Shown piece by piece: positions 22,646-33,444 of a DNA stretch of 64,000 nt. The notes below the pieces were generated by a model. That model saw nothing but the letters and a program-made list of their open reading frames with translations, was not told the DNA's origin and made no database searches. Numbering within the stretch: position 1 is the stretch's first letter; every line of letters begins with the position of its first letter. The stretch is from Escherichia phage vB_Eco_F27, in sequence record OP870146.1; one strand, 5' to 3'. A program made the position numbers and the translations under genes.

Positions 22646-23814
22646 CAGTATTCCAACGTCCAGGATATCCTAACTTAAGCGTTAAATTATACCAAGATTA
22701 TTCGGCTTGGCACGAAAATAGATACGTTGAACTCGCAGCAACAATAACAACTTTAACCATGCGAGATTCACTATATGGAAGAAATGAAGGGATTCTTCAA
22801 TTTTATGACACTAAAAACATCCACACTAAAATGGATGGTAGACAGATAGTCCAAATCTCTGTTTCAAATTCAAACACACCTCTCCAAGTTAGAACTCGAA
22901 TTTACGGATGTAGACATTATTCTGTGTCTGTGGACTCAAAAGGTGACAATATTATTGCAATTGAGCTTGGAACAATACATTCTATAGAGAACCTTAAATT
23001 TGGGCGACCATTCTTCCCAGACGCAGGAGAATCTATACGTGAAATGTTAGGTGTCATATATAAAGACCGTACGTTAATTACTCCGCCAATAAACACTATT
23101 AATGCTTATGTTCCTGATATTCCTTGGACAAGCACATTTGATGATTATTTGGCATATGTCAGAGAATTAGGACTTGCTACAGCGAGTGATAAGTTCGTAT
23201 TCGTATGGCAAGATATTTTAGGCGTAAACATGATTGACTACGATACTCTTATTGGTCAGGAAGGCATTAAGATGGTTGTAGGCGAGCCAAATACCGTAGG
23301 TCAGTATATTCAAGAGCTTGAGTATCCATTAGTATGGGATTTCACCTGGATGACTAAAGCTAACCAATTTACAAGAGACCCTATTAAAAACGCCACGATA
23401 TTCGCCCATTCATTTTTAGATACATCTATTCCGGTTATTGTTACAGGCGATGGTGATAATGCTATTGTTGTGTCAAGATCCGGTGGATATTCCGAAATGA
23501 CCTATCGTAATGGATTTGAAGAAGCAAGTCGTCTTCAGACAATGGCTCAATATGACGGATATGCTAAATGCACTACTACCGGTAATTTTAACATAACGCC
23601 TGCTACTAAAATTATATTTGTTGACCAAAAGAACCAATTCAAATCCGAATTTTACGTCGATGAAGTTATTCATGAGTTATCAAATAACAACTCACAAACT
23701 CATCTGTACATGTTTACCAACTCAATGGTGTTAGAACCTGTTAACCCAGTTAAGGTTAAAAATGAACTTAAATCTGATTCTACCTCTAAAGAAAATAATT
23801 CTACCACAGTCTAA
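22642..23814 (+). CDS. 27: Baseplate hub protein gp27
   Basis: 390 aa (T4 391 aa); synteny 51-27-28-29. Confidence 0.85.
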   Translation: MTVFQRPGYPNLSVKLYQDYSAWHENRYVELAATITTLTMRDSLYGRNEGILQFYDTKNIHTKMDGRQIVQISVSNSNTPLQVRTRIYGCRHYSVSVDSKGDNIIAIELGTIHSIENLKFGRPFFPDAGESIREMLGVIYKDRTLITPPINTINAYVPDIPWTSTFDDYLAYVRELGLATASDKFVFVWQDILGVNMIDYDTLIGQEGIKMVVGEPNTVGQYIQELEYPLVWDFTWMTKANQFTRDPIKNATIFAHSFLDTSIPVIVTGDGDNAIVVSRSGGYSEMTYRNGFEEASRLQTMAQYDGYAKCTTTGNFNITPATKIIFVDQKNQFKSEFYVDEVIHELSNNNSQTHLYMFTNSMVLEPVNPVKVKNELKSDSTSKENNSTTV

Positions 23815-24295
23815 TAAAAAGGTAATGATTCCCAAATTAGGGCTCAAACATTATAATCTTTTAAAGGACGTTAAAGGCCCTGATGAAAACATGAAAATCT
23901 TAGCTGATTCTATTTGTAAAAATATGAGTCCCGCAGATTTTGATTTTGCATGTCTACACATATTGGAATTTAATAACAAACTTAAGTCTGAAGTTGAAAA
24001 AGACGGATTCACTTATAAACTAGACGACGTCTATGTATGCCAACGAACAGAATTCCAATTCCAAGGCAATACTTTTTATTTTAGACCCCCAGGCAAATTT
24101 GAACAATTCGCTACAATCAGTGAAATGCTATCAAATTGCTTAATAAAAGTTAATGACGAAGAGAAAGAAATTTCTTTCCTTGAGATGCCTGCTTTTGTAA
24201 TCAAATGGGCAGAAGACCTTTCGACAACTATTGCTATTACAGGCCCTAATGGTCCTATTAAGGGTATAGCAGAAATTATTGGATTGCTTGAATGA
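23762..24295 (+). CDS. 28: Baseplate hub distal subunit gp28
   Basis: 177 aa as in T4; overlaps the gp27 3' end by 53 nt, so the true start could be the internal ATG at 23825. Confidence 0.7.
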   Translation: MNLNLILPLKKIILPQSNKKVMIPKLGLKHYNLLKDVKGPDENMKILADSICKNMSPADFDFACLHILEFNNKLKSEVEKDGFTYKLDDVYVCQRTEFQFQGNTFYFRPPGKFEQFATISEMLSNCLIKVNDEEKEISFLEMPAFVIKWAEDLSTTIAITGPNGPIKGIAEIIGLLE

Positions 24296-26064
24296 AACCT
24301 GAAGAAATGAAATCCATGCGTAGAAATAAGGTCATTGCCGATAATAAACCACAAAAAGTAGCTGCTGTTGCAGCTACCGATTCATTAGAAGCATTGAATA
24401 ACATTTCATCAAAACTAGACGATGTCCAAGCCGCGTCTGAACTCACATCACAAAGTGTAGAAGATAAAGGCAATGGAATCATTGAATCAATTGGAGACTT
24501 AAAGAATTCGACAGATAATACTGCTGAAGGCACAGAGCTTATCGCAGAAGTTATTGAAAAACAAACTGAAGTCACTAAAAGTATAAACGAAGTTTCTAGT
24601 GCAATAAGCTCTAAGTTAGACCGATTAGCTACATTATTAGAGCAAAAATTACAAACATCTACCGCTATTCAAAATACAGGAGGCACCTCTCTTGAAGTAA
24701 TTGAGAACGCAATACCTGTTAAAGTGGTTGAGAATGAAACTTCTGATGAGTTGTTTAAAGCATTCCCTACACCTGAAAAGATTGATAATAAGCCAGACGA
24801 AGATTTCTTCCCAGCGCCGGTTCAAGAAAGTGCTAATTCTACTTCCGATTCTAAAGGCGGAATTAGCTTTAAATTGAGCGATAAAATTGCAATGCTCACC
24901 AAAACAGTTCAAACCGGGTTTAATAAATCAATATCAATTTCAGACAGAATTGCTGGAATGCTTTTCAAATACACTATAACGGCTGCTATTGAAGCAGCAA
25001 AAATGGCCGCACTTATTCTTGGTATTGTTATCGGTATTGATTTATTGATAGTCCATTTCAAATATTGGACAGACAAGTTCACTTCTGCCTGGGATTTATT
25101 TGATGAAAACTTTACTAAATTCTCCGATGAAGCTAAAGAGTGGGGTAAATTCTTAAGTGATATATTCACTTCTATTGACTCGATAAAACAAATGTGGGAA
25201 GCTGGAGACTGGGGTGGTTTAACCGTTGCTATTGTCAAAGGTGTAGGAACAGCATTAATGAACTTAGGTGAACTAATTCAATTAGGAATGGCTAAACTCT
25301 CTGCGTCTATATTGCGTGCTATAGGTTTTGGCGATACCGCAGACGAAATAGAAGGACGTGCTTTAGAAGGATTCCAAGAAACTACTGGGAACAAATTAAA
25401 GAAAGAAGACCAAGAGAAAGTCGCTAAATATCAAATGAAGCGTGACGATGGGGAATTAGGAACCGTTTCTAAAGGTCTTGATATGTTACAACGTGGCAAA
25501 ACATTCGTTACTAACTGGGTTCGTGGTAATGACAATAAAGAAGAGTTTAGTACAAGCGATGAGCGTGCTGCGGAATCGGCAAAATTAAAAGAGTTACCTG
25601 AAGAGGAGCGTAAAGAGGCGTATATAAAAGCTAATGAAACTCGTGCGGCACTGGTTAGATTTGAGGATTATATCGATAAAATCGATATGACTAATCCGGA
25701 AAATGCTAAAAACGTCGAGAAGTCTTATGCTGATTTAAGTAAACTTATTAAAGACCCTGAACTTAATAAAACTCCTGTTGTTAAAAAGGAATTAGATGCT
25801 AGATTTGAAAAGCTAAATAATAAAATGGCTGAAGCCAAAAAGGCTCAGACAACAGTTAAGCCTGAATCTTCGTCTAAATCTCCGGAAGCAAAACAAGTTC
25901 AGTCAATAGAGAAAGGACGTGCTTCTGAATCTAAACAACAGCAACCGGTAGCGGCGATTAGTAACACAAATAATGTCGTCAAAAAGAATACCGTAGTCCA
26001 GAATATGACCCCTGTAACAAGTACAACGGCTCCTGGAATTTTCCATGCCACCGGTGTTAATTAA
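24292..26064 (+). CDS. 29: Baseplate hub / tail length determining protein gp29
   Basis: 590 aa (T4 590 aa); synteny. Confidence 0.8.
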   Translation: MKPEEMKSMRRNKVIADNKPQKVAAVAATDSLEALNNISSKLDDVQAASELTSQSVEDKGNGIIESIGDLKNSTDNTAEGTELIAEVIEKQTEVTKSINEVSSAISSKLDRLATLLEQKLQTSTAIQNTGGTSLEVIENAIPVKVVENETSDELFKAFPTPEKIDNKPDEDFFPAPVQESANSTSDSKGGISFKLSDKIAMLTKTVQTGFNKSISISDRIAGMLFKYTITAAIEAAKMAALILGIVIGIDLLIVHFKYWTDKFTSAWDLFDENFTKFSDEAKEWGKFLSDIFTSIDSIKQMWEAGDWGGLTVAIVKGVGTALMNLGELIQLGMAKLSASILRAIGFGDTADEIEGRALEGFQETTGNKLKKEDQEKVAKYQMKRDDGELGTVSKGLDMLQRGKTFVTNWVRGNDNKEEFSTSDERAAESAKLKELPEEERKEAYIKANETRAALVRFEDYIDKIDMTNPENAKNVEKSYADLSKLIKDPELNKTPVVKKELDARFEKLNNKMAEAKKAQTTVKPESSSKSPEAKQVQSIEKGRASESKQQQPVAAISNTNNVVKKNTVVQNMTPVTSTTAPGIFHATGVN

Positions 26065-26072
26065 GGATTATT

Positions 26073-27182
26073 ATGATTAGTGTAAAAGAAATAGTAGTAG
26101 ATGCAAAGGATTTAAATAAAGCAATCCCAGTCTCAGAAAGTGCCGGGCAAAGCACTAAAACCGAAACAACTACTAAAACTTATGTTGCTCAATTTCCTAC
26201 AGGAAGAGCAGCCGGAAATGACTCCACAGGAGACTTCCAGGTAACAGACCTTTATAAGAATGGATTATTATTTACCGCGTACAATATGTCTGCACGCGAT
26301 TCAGGATCCCTCAGGAATTTACGTCCGGCGTATGCCGGTACTTCATCTAATGGTATCATATCAGATTTAACTGATAATGTGAAAGATGCAGTGACTAAAT
26401 TCTCAAACGGATTGCTTCCTGCCGGAGCTAATAAGTCTACTATAAATAAAACTCCTGTTGCCAATATCCTTTTGCCACGTTCCAAATCTGACGTTGATAC
26501 AACTTCACATCGTTTTAATGATGTCGGTGATAGCCTTATTACTAAAGGTGGAGGTACTGCTACAGGTGTTTTAAGTAACATTGCTTCTACTGCAGTTTTT
26601 GGTGCATTAGATTCTATTACTCAAGGGCTTATGGCCGATAATAACGAACAGATTTATACGACTTCTCGTAGTATGTATGGCGGTGCTGAGAACCGTACTA
26701 AAGTCTTTACATGGGATTTAACTCCGCGTTCAACTGAAGACCTTATGGCTATTATAAACATTTACCAGTATTTTAACTATTTCTCTTATGGTGAAACTGG
26801 TAAATCACAGTATGCCCAAGAGATTAAAAGTTATTTAGACGAATGGTACCGTTCAACGTTTATTGAGCCTATGACACCAGACGATGCAGTAAAAAATAAG
26901 ACATTGTTTGAAAAGATTACTGCGTCATTAACAAACGTATTAGTTGTAAGCAACCCTACAATTTGGATGGTTAAAAACTTTGGTTATACATCTAAATTTG
27001 ATGGATTAACTGACGTATTTGGCCCGTGTCAAATTCAAAGCGTACGTTTTGATAAAACTCCAAATGGACAATTTAATGGTCTCGCTGTTGCTCCTAACTT
27101 ACCATCAACATTTACGTTAGAGATAACAATGCGAGAAATTATTACATTAAACCGTTCTTCACTTTATGCGGGGACTTTCTAA
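26073..27182 (+). CDS. 48: Baseplate-tail tube junction protein gp48
   Basis: 369 aa (T4 364 aa); synteny. Confidence 0.8.
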   Translation: MISVKEIVVDAKDLNKAIPVSESAGQSTKTETTTKTYVAQFPTGRAAGNDSTGDFQVTDLYKNGLLFTAYNMSARDSGSLRNLRPAYAGTSSNGIISDLTDNVKDAVTKFSNGLLPAGANKSTINKTPVANILLPRSKSDVDTTSHRFNDVGDSLITKGGGTATGVLSNIASTAVFGALDSITQGLMADNNEQIYTTSRSMYGGAENRTKVFTWDLTPRSTEDLMAIINIYQYFNYFSYGETGKSQYAQEIKSYLDEWYRSTFIEPMTPDDAVKNKTLFEKITASLTNVLVVSNPTIWMVKNFGYTSKFDGLTDVFGPCQIQSVRFDKTPNGQFNGLAVAPNLPSTFTLEITMREIITLNRSSLYAGTF

Positions 27183-28144
27183 TGTACTCTTTAGAAGAAT
27201 TTAATAACCAAGCTATAAATGCAGATTTCCAACGAAACAATATGTTTAGTTGTGTATTTGCTACTACCCCATCGACCAAATCATCTTCACTAATTTCGTC
27301 AATTGGTAGTTTTGCTTATAATAACTTAGGGTTGGATTCTGATTGGCTAGGATTGTCTCAAGGTGATATCAATCAGGGCGTAACAACCCTGATTACAGCA
27401 GGAACACAGAAATTAATTCGAAAATCGGGTATAAGTAAATATCTGATTGGAGCAATGAGCCAACGTACGGTACAAAGCTTGTTAGGTGAGTTCACAGTAG
27501 GAGCTTATCTGATAGACTTCTTCAATATGGCATATAATAATACAGGTTTAATGATTTATTCTGTAAAAATGCCTGAGAACCGATTATCTTATGAAACGGA
27601 TTTCAACTATAACTCACCGAACATCCGAATTACCGGTCGTGAAATGGACCCGTTAGTAATAAGCTTTAGAATGGATTCTGAAGCATCTAACTTTAGAGCA
27701 ATGCAAGACTGGGTAAACTCAGTCCAAGACCCTGTAACAGGTCTTCGTGCTTTACCACAAGACGTCGAAGCAGATATTCAGGTTAATTTACATGCACGAA
27801 ATGGTTTACCACATACCGCTGTCATGTTCACTGGATGTATTCCTGTTAGTGTCTCTTCTCCTGAGTTAACGTATGATGGTGATAATCAGATAACAGTTTT
27901 TGATGTAACATTTGCTTATCGCGTTATGCAATCAGGTGCTGTAAATAGACAGGCTGCTTTAGAATGGCTGGAATCAGGACTTATTAGTAGTGTTTCAGGA
28001 ATGTTTGGAAATAATCAGAATGATTCTGGACTAGGAAGTGCAGTATCAAGACTTTCTAGATTAGGTGGGACTGCTGGTGGTGTGTCTAATATAAACACAT
28101 TGACAGGTGTGGTGAATTCTGCGTCAAGAGTTTTAGGACTATAA
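27182..28144 (+). CDS. 54: Baseplate-tail tube initiator gp54
   Basis: 320 aa (T4 320 aa); TAATG overlap with gene 48. Confidence 0.8.
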   Translation: MYSLEEFNNQAINADFQRNNMFSCVFATTPSTKSSSLISSIGSFAYNNLGLDSDWLGLSQGDINQGVTTLITAGTQKLIRKSGISKYLIGAMSQRTVQSLLGEFTVGAYLIDFFNMAYNNTGLMIYSVKMPENRLSYETDFNYNSPNIRITGREMDPLVISFRMDSEASNFRAMQDWVNSVQDPVTGLRALPQDVEADIQVNLHARNGLPHTAVMFTGCIPVSVSSPELTYDGDNQITVFDVTFAYRVMQSGAVNRQAALEWLESGLISSVSGMFGNNQNDSGLGSAVSRLSRLGGTAGGVSNINTLTGVVNSASRVLGL

Positions 28145-28150
28145 GAAAAA

Positions 28151-28170
28151 GGGAGACAACGTCTCCCTTT
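28151..28170. terminator. Bidirectional terminator between convergent gene 54 and ORF 28177-28469
   Basis: GGGAGACAACGTCTCCC; minus-strand reading is followed by TTTTTCTT. Confidence 0.7.
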
Positions 28171-28176
28171 AGGGGT

Positions 28177-28469
28177 TTATTTACGGAATGAAAGGAATGC
28201 TGGTGCTCGGAATGGAGTATCATCTTTAGAGTATTTAACTAATACGACCATTGGTACCTCTGTTTCTAAATGACCTGTCACCACACCGATAAAAATTTGA
28301 TCAGTGTGCTCAGGGTCACGAAAGTTTTTAAGAGGTTCCATAGCAATATGGAATGCACCTGGGAATACTCGATTCAATTCGTCAATCACAGCTTCGTTAA
28401 AAGCATCATCCGCCGGGATAGCATCTTCAACTACTAGTTCTTGACCGTTAAAGCGAAGCATAGATTTCA
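28177..28469 (-). CDS. Hypothetical 97-aa early protein
   Basis: Start reassigned to the internal ATG (MKSMLRF...) preceded by GAGGAAAA RBS and an early promoter at 28501-28528; terminator hairpin downstream. Confidence 0.5.
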
Positions 28470-28500
28470 TAACGTTTTCCTCATGTTGTTGATGGGATGA

Positions 28501-28528
28501 TAGTATCACACATCCATGTGTTTGTAAA
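28501..28528 (-). promoter_or_regulatory. Early promoter for ORF 28177-28469
   Basis: GTTTAC-N16-TGtGATACT, then conserved leader CATCAACAACATGAGGAAAA before the ATG. Confidence 0.55.
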
Positions 28529-30616
28529 CTATCCTTGGACAAATTTAAACGGAACTGATTCTAAATCCATTAAAGATGCTAACAATTTCAAACCTTTAGG
28601 TGCACTAGTTTTTTCTACAAATGAGGAGAACGATACCGGCTCAACTGATTCGATTTCACCCGTCATAGCAACCACCTCGCCTGTTTCCATGAGAACATCA
28701 CCATCGTAAATGACAGCTTCATCTAACTGGTCTGAGGACATGACTTCAGCTTGAATAAATTTAAGGTTGGATTCTAAACCTGCACCAGTGTCAGATGACG
28801 CATCTGTAATTTTATTTATCTGCAAGAGAATGCCTCTAGGCAAAATAATTTCTTGCTCATTAGGGTGATTACTCAACTGTCCCGGATAAATCACGTTAAC
28901 TTTATGGGCGCCATCAATAGCCCATCCAACGTTAACACGGATTTGTTCTGGTGCATGCATAGCTGTTCTTACTTGACTAGGAGAAATAGTAACACCTTCG
29001 TCATTATTGTCAATGTTAAGCTCTTTGCGAACTTCTTCAGGAGCAAGTCCAAGGGCAACGTTCTCTTTAAACCCACCGAAAATAATAGGAGCTAGTGAAG
29101 TGGAAACATAGTTTCTGAAATAGAATACCTTATTTTTAACCATTGCTTCGTAAATAGGCATTCTGATAGACTGAGCTCTATATAACGTTAGTCCTTCAGG
29201 TAAACGGTCTCCATTTAAAAACGCCGAATCAAGACCATCAATAGCGCGTTTAACTTCATCTTCATCTGCAACATCGTAAAAATCTGGTTTATAACGACCT
29301 AACAACATATTATTGATATCGGTATACGCAGAAGAGGCATATTCACGAATAGCTCGTTTTTCAGCAACAGAGTATTGTTTAGGGTCCCGATTCATTGTTA
29401 TATTAAAGGTGCCTCTAGCCGATTCTCGTGCATAAGTATACATCACATTAGACAAGAACGCTGATTTACGTTGTTTCCAAGTTTTTTCAGATACTTCAGC
29501 TAAAACATCGTCGGCCAGTTGGAAATTATCACGTCTAAAATCTTCAAACCATTCGTCTTTAATAGAGTCTGCAATTTCATTTGCAGCTTCAACAAAAGCA
29601 GCTAATGCTTTAACAGATGTTGTTTTTTCAGTTTTAATTTTCTTAGCAAACTTTTCTAAAGTTGGCTTAATAACACTACCATAAGAAACTTCATCAGCAA
29701 ATCTAAAGGATTCATCAATACGATTATAAATCTTATTTTCGATATCAGCAACTAAAGTGCCTTTTGCTGTGGATGATGCTTGGGCCAGTACGATTTCATA
29801 TGCTTCAGGAAGTAATTCGGCTGTAGCTGGGCCGCTAACTTCTTTAGCAGAATTTTCGTATTTCTGGAATAACTCACCTTCTTGGCGGTCAGCTTCTAAA
29901 GATTGACTTGCTGCAATAGCACGACGAGAAATTTTAGTACGAGCAATAACAGGCTTATCTTTACGTTTTTCTTCTACAGCAGCAATAGAACCAGCGATAG
30001 CCGTTTCTTTGGTGACCTTTTCGCCGGTCTTTTTACTCACATAAACTTCGCCAACATCAGAATCTACTTTCGCGTACAACTCTGTGTTAATGTTAGGGAT
30101 GCCTTTAATATCTTCAATGTTGGCATTTTTACGAACCATCATCACATAGGTGTGTTTACCTGTGAATTGATACATTGCCGACAATACTTTAAAACGACCA
30201 CTGGTTTTAGTAGAAACTAAACGAGCAAGAAGAGTTTGAAGCTGCTGTCCGCGTCCTTTCAATTTCTTGGTAGGGAATCGGAACAGAACCGCATCCATAC
30301 GAAGAGCTTTAACCTGTTCATACACTGTATTGAAAATGGTGTTGATTGCATCAATAGGAGCAGGACCAAGGCCATTTTTCAATTCAGCTAGATTACCCTT
30401 TTCAGACAGACTCATAATAACAACATGAGCGTATTTGTCGCCAAGTTTAACTTGTTTTACAGCGTCGCCTTCGGAAAGGTAAGAGAATAAACGAACTACA
30501 ATATTTGTATCGATATCACCAATTTTCCAGACTTGTGGAACTTTAGCTTTAGGGTTCAAATTGACGACAGGAAGACTGCCTTCAGATTCAAACACTTCAT
30601 TTAATTGTTCAGACAT
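28529..30616 (-). CDS. alt: Alt-like ADP-ribosyltransferase (virion-packaged)
   Basis: 695 aa (T4 Alt 682 aa); position between gene 54 and DNA ligase as in T4; assigned by synteny and size. Confidence 0.7.
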   Translation of the reverse strand: MSEQLNEVFESEGSLPVVNLNPKAKVPQVWKIGDIDTNIVVRLFSYLSEGDAVKQVKLGDKYAHVVIMSLSEKGNLAELKNGLGPAPIDAINTIFNTVYEQVKALRMDAVLFRFPTKKLKGRGQQLQTLLARLVSTKTSGRFKVLSAMYQFTGKHTYVMMVRKNANIEDIKGIPNINTELYAKVDSDVGEVYVSKKTGEKVTKETAIAGSIAAVEEKRKDKPVIARTKISRRAIAASQSLEADRQEGELFQKYENSAKEVSGPATAELLPEAYEIVLAQASSTAKGTLVADIENKIYNRIDESFRFADEVSYGSVIKPTLEKFAKKIKTEKTTSVKALAAFVEAANEIADSIKDEWFEDFRRDNFQLADDVLAEVSEKTWKQRKSAFLSNVMYTYARESARGTFNITMNRDPKQYSVAEKRAIREYASSAYTDINNMLLGRYKPDFYDVADEDEVKRAIDGLDSAFLNGDRLPEGLTLYRAQSIRMPIYEAMVKNKVFYFRNYVSTSLAPIIFGGFKENVALGLAPEEVRKELNIDNNDEGVTISPSQVRTAMHAPEQIRVNVGWAIDGAHKVNVIYPGQLSNHPNEQEIILPRGILLQINKITDASSDTGAGLESNLKFIQAEVMSSDQLDEAVIYDGDVLMETGEVVAMTGEIESVEPVSFSSFVEKTSAPKGLKLLASLMDLESVPFKFVQG

Positions 30617-30650
30617 AGTGTTTTCCTTTTAGTAATAATTTATATTTATG

Positions 30651-30672
30651 CCAAAAAGAGCCCGAAGGCTCT
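30651..30672 (-). terminator. Hairpin / possible terminator between the small ORF and alt
   Basis: Minus strand AGAGCCTTCGGGCTCT followed by TTTTTGG. Confidence 0.5.
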
Positions 30673-30860
30673 TAATCCACAATCGGAAGCAAAGTACGAT
30701 AAACTTCAAAATTAGAGCCTTTTTCGTACTTATCGAAATTGTCCATAAAAATATGATAGGAATCGTTATTAGGAAAATCTAATATAATCTGAGAGCAAGA
30801 GGTGGAAACATCTCCACCATCCTTCTTAGCTACAATAACTGTTTCTAAATAAGCTTTCAT
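30672..30860 (-). CDS. Hypothetical small protein
   Basis: 62 aa from the ATG that forms a TAATG overlap with the gene 30 stop (translational coupling); stop lies within a hairpin. Confidence 0.45.
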   Translation of the reverse strand: MKAYLETVIVAKKDGGDVSTSCSQIILDFPNNDSYHIFMDNFDKYEKGSNFEVYRTLLPIVD

Positions 30861-32353
30861 TATAAACCTGTCTGGGACCACGGTCCAAATACGTCTTCAA
30901 ACGAATCCGCTTCTGTTTTATCAAAACGGAACCCTTTAATAATTGGGAGGAAAATACCTACAGTGCCTTCACGTCCTTTAGAATGAACCCAACCATTGCA
31001 TTCACAATCAGCAATACGTCCAATCAATTTACCTTCACGAGCTTCGGTCATTAATCGTTCACGGTCCAAATCATGTCGCTCATCTAAAGGAATAAGAACC
31101 TTTACACCATCAACTGTTTTATGAGTTGTATCTTTAAACCCTGAACCACAATCGGTTGTAATACGACGACAACGTGATACGAGTTCGACACCACCTAATT
31201 TGTTAGGGTCTTTAGAGTGTTCATAGTATCCTACAACTTCTAAAGCGATATCAATAACTTCTTTAAATTTAATTAGGTTCTTAGAACGTTTGTTTTCCCA
31301 ATATGAATCACGGTTTTTAAGGATAATACCTTCAAGACCTTGGTCAACATATTTTTTATAAACCACTTTAGCTTCGTCAAGATTACGAACTAACTGATTT
31401 TCAATTGGCTCAATTCGTTTAAAGCCTTCAGCCATATTTTCAAGAGCAGCAAAACGAACATCGTATTTCTGACCTTTAATTTTGCCATCAGAATAGACTT
31501 CATCTAAAGGAACATAGTCCCAGGCTTGAAGAACCATACCTTCAGCTTCTTTAGGAGAAATAGTCCCTTGAAGAGATTTATTTGCTAAACCGTTTGAAGT
31601 GCTACGGTCTGCAACTTGTACTTCTTCGGATTCTTCATTATCACCAAATAAGAACGACAGGTCATTTCCTGAGCTCACAGCCTTTTTAATATCGAATGAA
31701 TGATAAACTAATTCACCGTCGATTAAAACCCCATTAGGGTGTCTTTCACGAGCTTCTTTAGTCATTTCCATTAGTTCATCCGCTAATAGGGTAAGACCAT
31801 GGTATTCATTACCAGCACGAGAAAAGAATTGAACACCATCATCGCGAACTTCAGCGAAACAACGAGCACCATCTGCTTTTAATTGAGCAAATGCAGGCCA
31901 TTTAATATTTTTAGTAATCAATTTCTCATCATATGCAGATGCTAACATCTGTGGTTGCAATTGAATAAGTCCAGGCCACACCTTATTCGCGATAGACACT
32001 GAAGCACCTACTTCAAGGTCGCGCATCATTACACGACGAAGGACTTCTACATCATCGGGTTTACCATCAGCGATATAACCCATGAGCTCTTTAATTGCAG
32101 CATTACCAGTGAGTTTACGAGTAGCTAATGTGAACTCAATAAAATCCAACATGTCATCTAATTCAAGAAGTCCATACGCTTGAGACCTTTCACCTGGTCC
32201 TGGCCATTTCTTAATATAATACTGGATACCACGTGCATATGTTAAACGATACACACGTTCAAGTAATTTGTTGTCCTTATTTTTCTTAAGGATTTCTTGT
32301 TTTGTTTTAGTAGAACCGATCGCAGCTATTTGGTTTAAAATATCTAAAATCAT
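30860..32353 (-). CDS. 30: ATP-dependent DNA ligase gp30
   Basis: 497 aa; adenylation motif KADGARC; T4 gp30 is 487 aa. Confidence 0.9.
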   Translation of the reverse strand: MILDILNQIAAIGSTKTKQEILKKNKDNKLLERVYRLTYARGIQYYIKKWPGPGERSQAYGLLELDDMLDFIEFTLATRKLTGNAAIKELMGYIADGKPDDVEVLRRVMMRDLEVGASVSIANKVWPGLIQLQPQMLASAYDEKLITKNIKWPAFAQLKADGARCFAEVRDDGVQFFSRAGNEYHGLTLLADELMEMTKEARERHPNGVLIDGELVYHSFDIKKAVSSGNDLSFLFGDNEESEEVQVADRSTSNGLANKSLQGTISPKEAEGMVLQAWDYVPLDEVYSDGKIKGQKYDVRFAALENMAEGFKRIEPIENQLVRNLDEAKVVYKKYVDQGLEGIILKNRDSYWENKRSKNLIKFKEVIDIALEVVGYYEHSKDPNKLGGVELVSRCRRITTDCGSGFKDTTHKTVDGVKVLIPLDERHDLDRERLMTEAREGKLIGRIADCECNGWVHSKGREGTVGIFLPIIKGFRFDKTEADSFEDVFGPWSQTGL

Positions 32354-32619
32354 TTGATGTCCTCGATTTTGGTTACGGTTCTATTATAAGCCACTTCATC
32401 TAGAAGCGATTTCAGCGTTTTCTGATAAGTGGTAATCCATTTACCGAGACCTTCAACATAATATTCTGAAATGTAGATGAACCCTTGTTCAACACACTCT
32501 TTAAATATTTCTGCGTCTTTTACTGAACGAAACAATGGCCAATCTCGAAAGAACATGTTAACGTGACCGTAGTCACGCGTTGTGTTTTTGCCATCTGTAA
32601 TATCATGAACTACAAACAT
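32350..32619 (-). CDS. Hypothetical protein (T4 30.1 position)
   Basis: 89-aa ORF; 4-nt overlap with gene 30. Confidence 0.5.
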   Translation of the reverse strand: MFVVHDITDGKNTTRDYGHVNMFFRDWPLFRSVKDAEIFKECVEQGFIYISEYYVEGLGKWITTYQKTLKSLLDEVAYNRTVTKIEDIK

Positions 32620-32628
32620 AATTAACCC

Positions 32629-33444
32629 TTAACAATTTATAGACCAAGTCCATTTAGACGAATCTAAAGGAAAGTTTTGAATCGTCCACCATGGCTGCAT
32701 ATCGGTTGGTCCTGGAGTTCGCCAGGTATACGGATTCGACGGAGCGCCGATTTGATTAGGCCATGCGCCTGGACTTGTTGTACCAGATTCTTTAAGCAAA
32801 TCCGCCAATCGTTTTAAAAGGTCTTCACGATCTGAATCTGAATTATGCTCTGGTGGAACCAAACGAGATTCAATATCATCCCACGTGTGTACACGTTGTG
32901 CAGTACGAGGAATGGCATCACGTTCACCACGAGCCAACCAATAAATCGGTACATTAAGAATTTCTGCTGCATGGTCACAGTGATGAGCTAAATCGTCAAC
33001 GTAACAAATCACGTTATATTTTGTTTTAGCTAGTTCGAATAATTGTTCCTTTGAAGAATCATGACCACACATCATTACTTCAGAGAAAGCGCCTGGGAAC
33101 AAAGCATTCAAATTAAATTGTCTATTCAATCGAGCATCAATTGAATCACCTAGCGCCGTCACAGCTACAAAATTATAGTCTTCTTTTAGTTTATTGATAA
33201 CTCGAAGAGCATCCGAATAAGGCGCTAAGTAACGAATAAAATCAGAGCGATTATATTTTTCTATTAATTGTTTACCGAGATTATCGTCGGTATTGAATAG
33301 TTTACCAGGAGAAATAAATTTTTCGTCCTGAATCATTTTTAAAATATGTTCTAATGGAAGATTATATTTTTGGGCAAAATAAGGAAGTCCAGATTGCCAG
33401 CTTAAACATACACCATCAATATCAGTCAAAATAGTAGGCTTCAT
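32629..33444 (-). CDS. HAD-superfamily phosphatase-like protein (T4 30.2 position)
   Basis: 271 aa; N-terminal DIDGV, matching the HAD motif I DxDG(T/V). Confidence 0.6.
   Translation of the reverse strand: MKPTILTDIDGVCLSWQSGLPYFAQKYNLPLEHILKMIQDEKFISPGKLFNTDDNLGKQLIEKYNRSDFIRYLAPYSDALRVINKLKEDYNFVAVTALGDSIDARLNRQFNLNALFPGAFSEVMMCGHDSSKEQLFELAKTKYNVICYVDDLAHHCDHAAEILNVPIYWLARGERDAIPRTAQRVHTWDDIESRLVPPEHNSDSDREDLLKRLADLLKESGTTSPGAWPNQIGAPSNPYTWRTPGPTDMQPWWTIQNFPLDSSKWTWSINC

Noticed and set aside
28470-28542. N-terminal 24-codon extension of ORF 28177-28542
   Set aside because: The extension would be encoded upstream of the -10 of the early promoter that drives the gene; the internal ATG with a GAGGAAAA RBS is the plausible start
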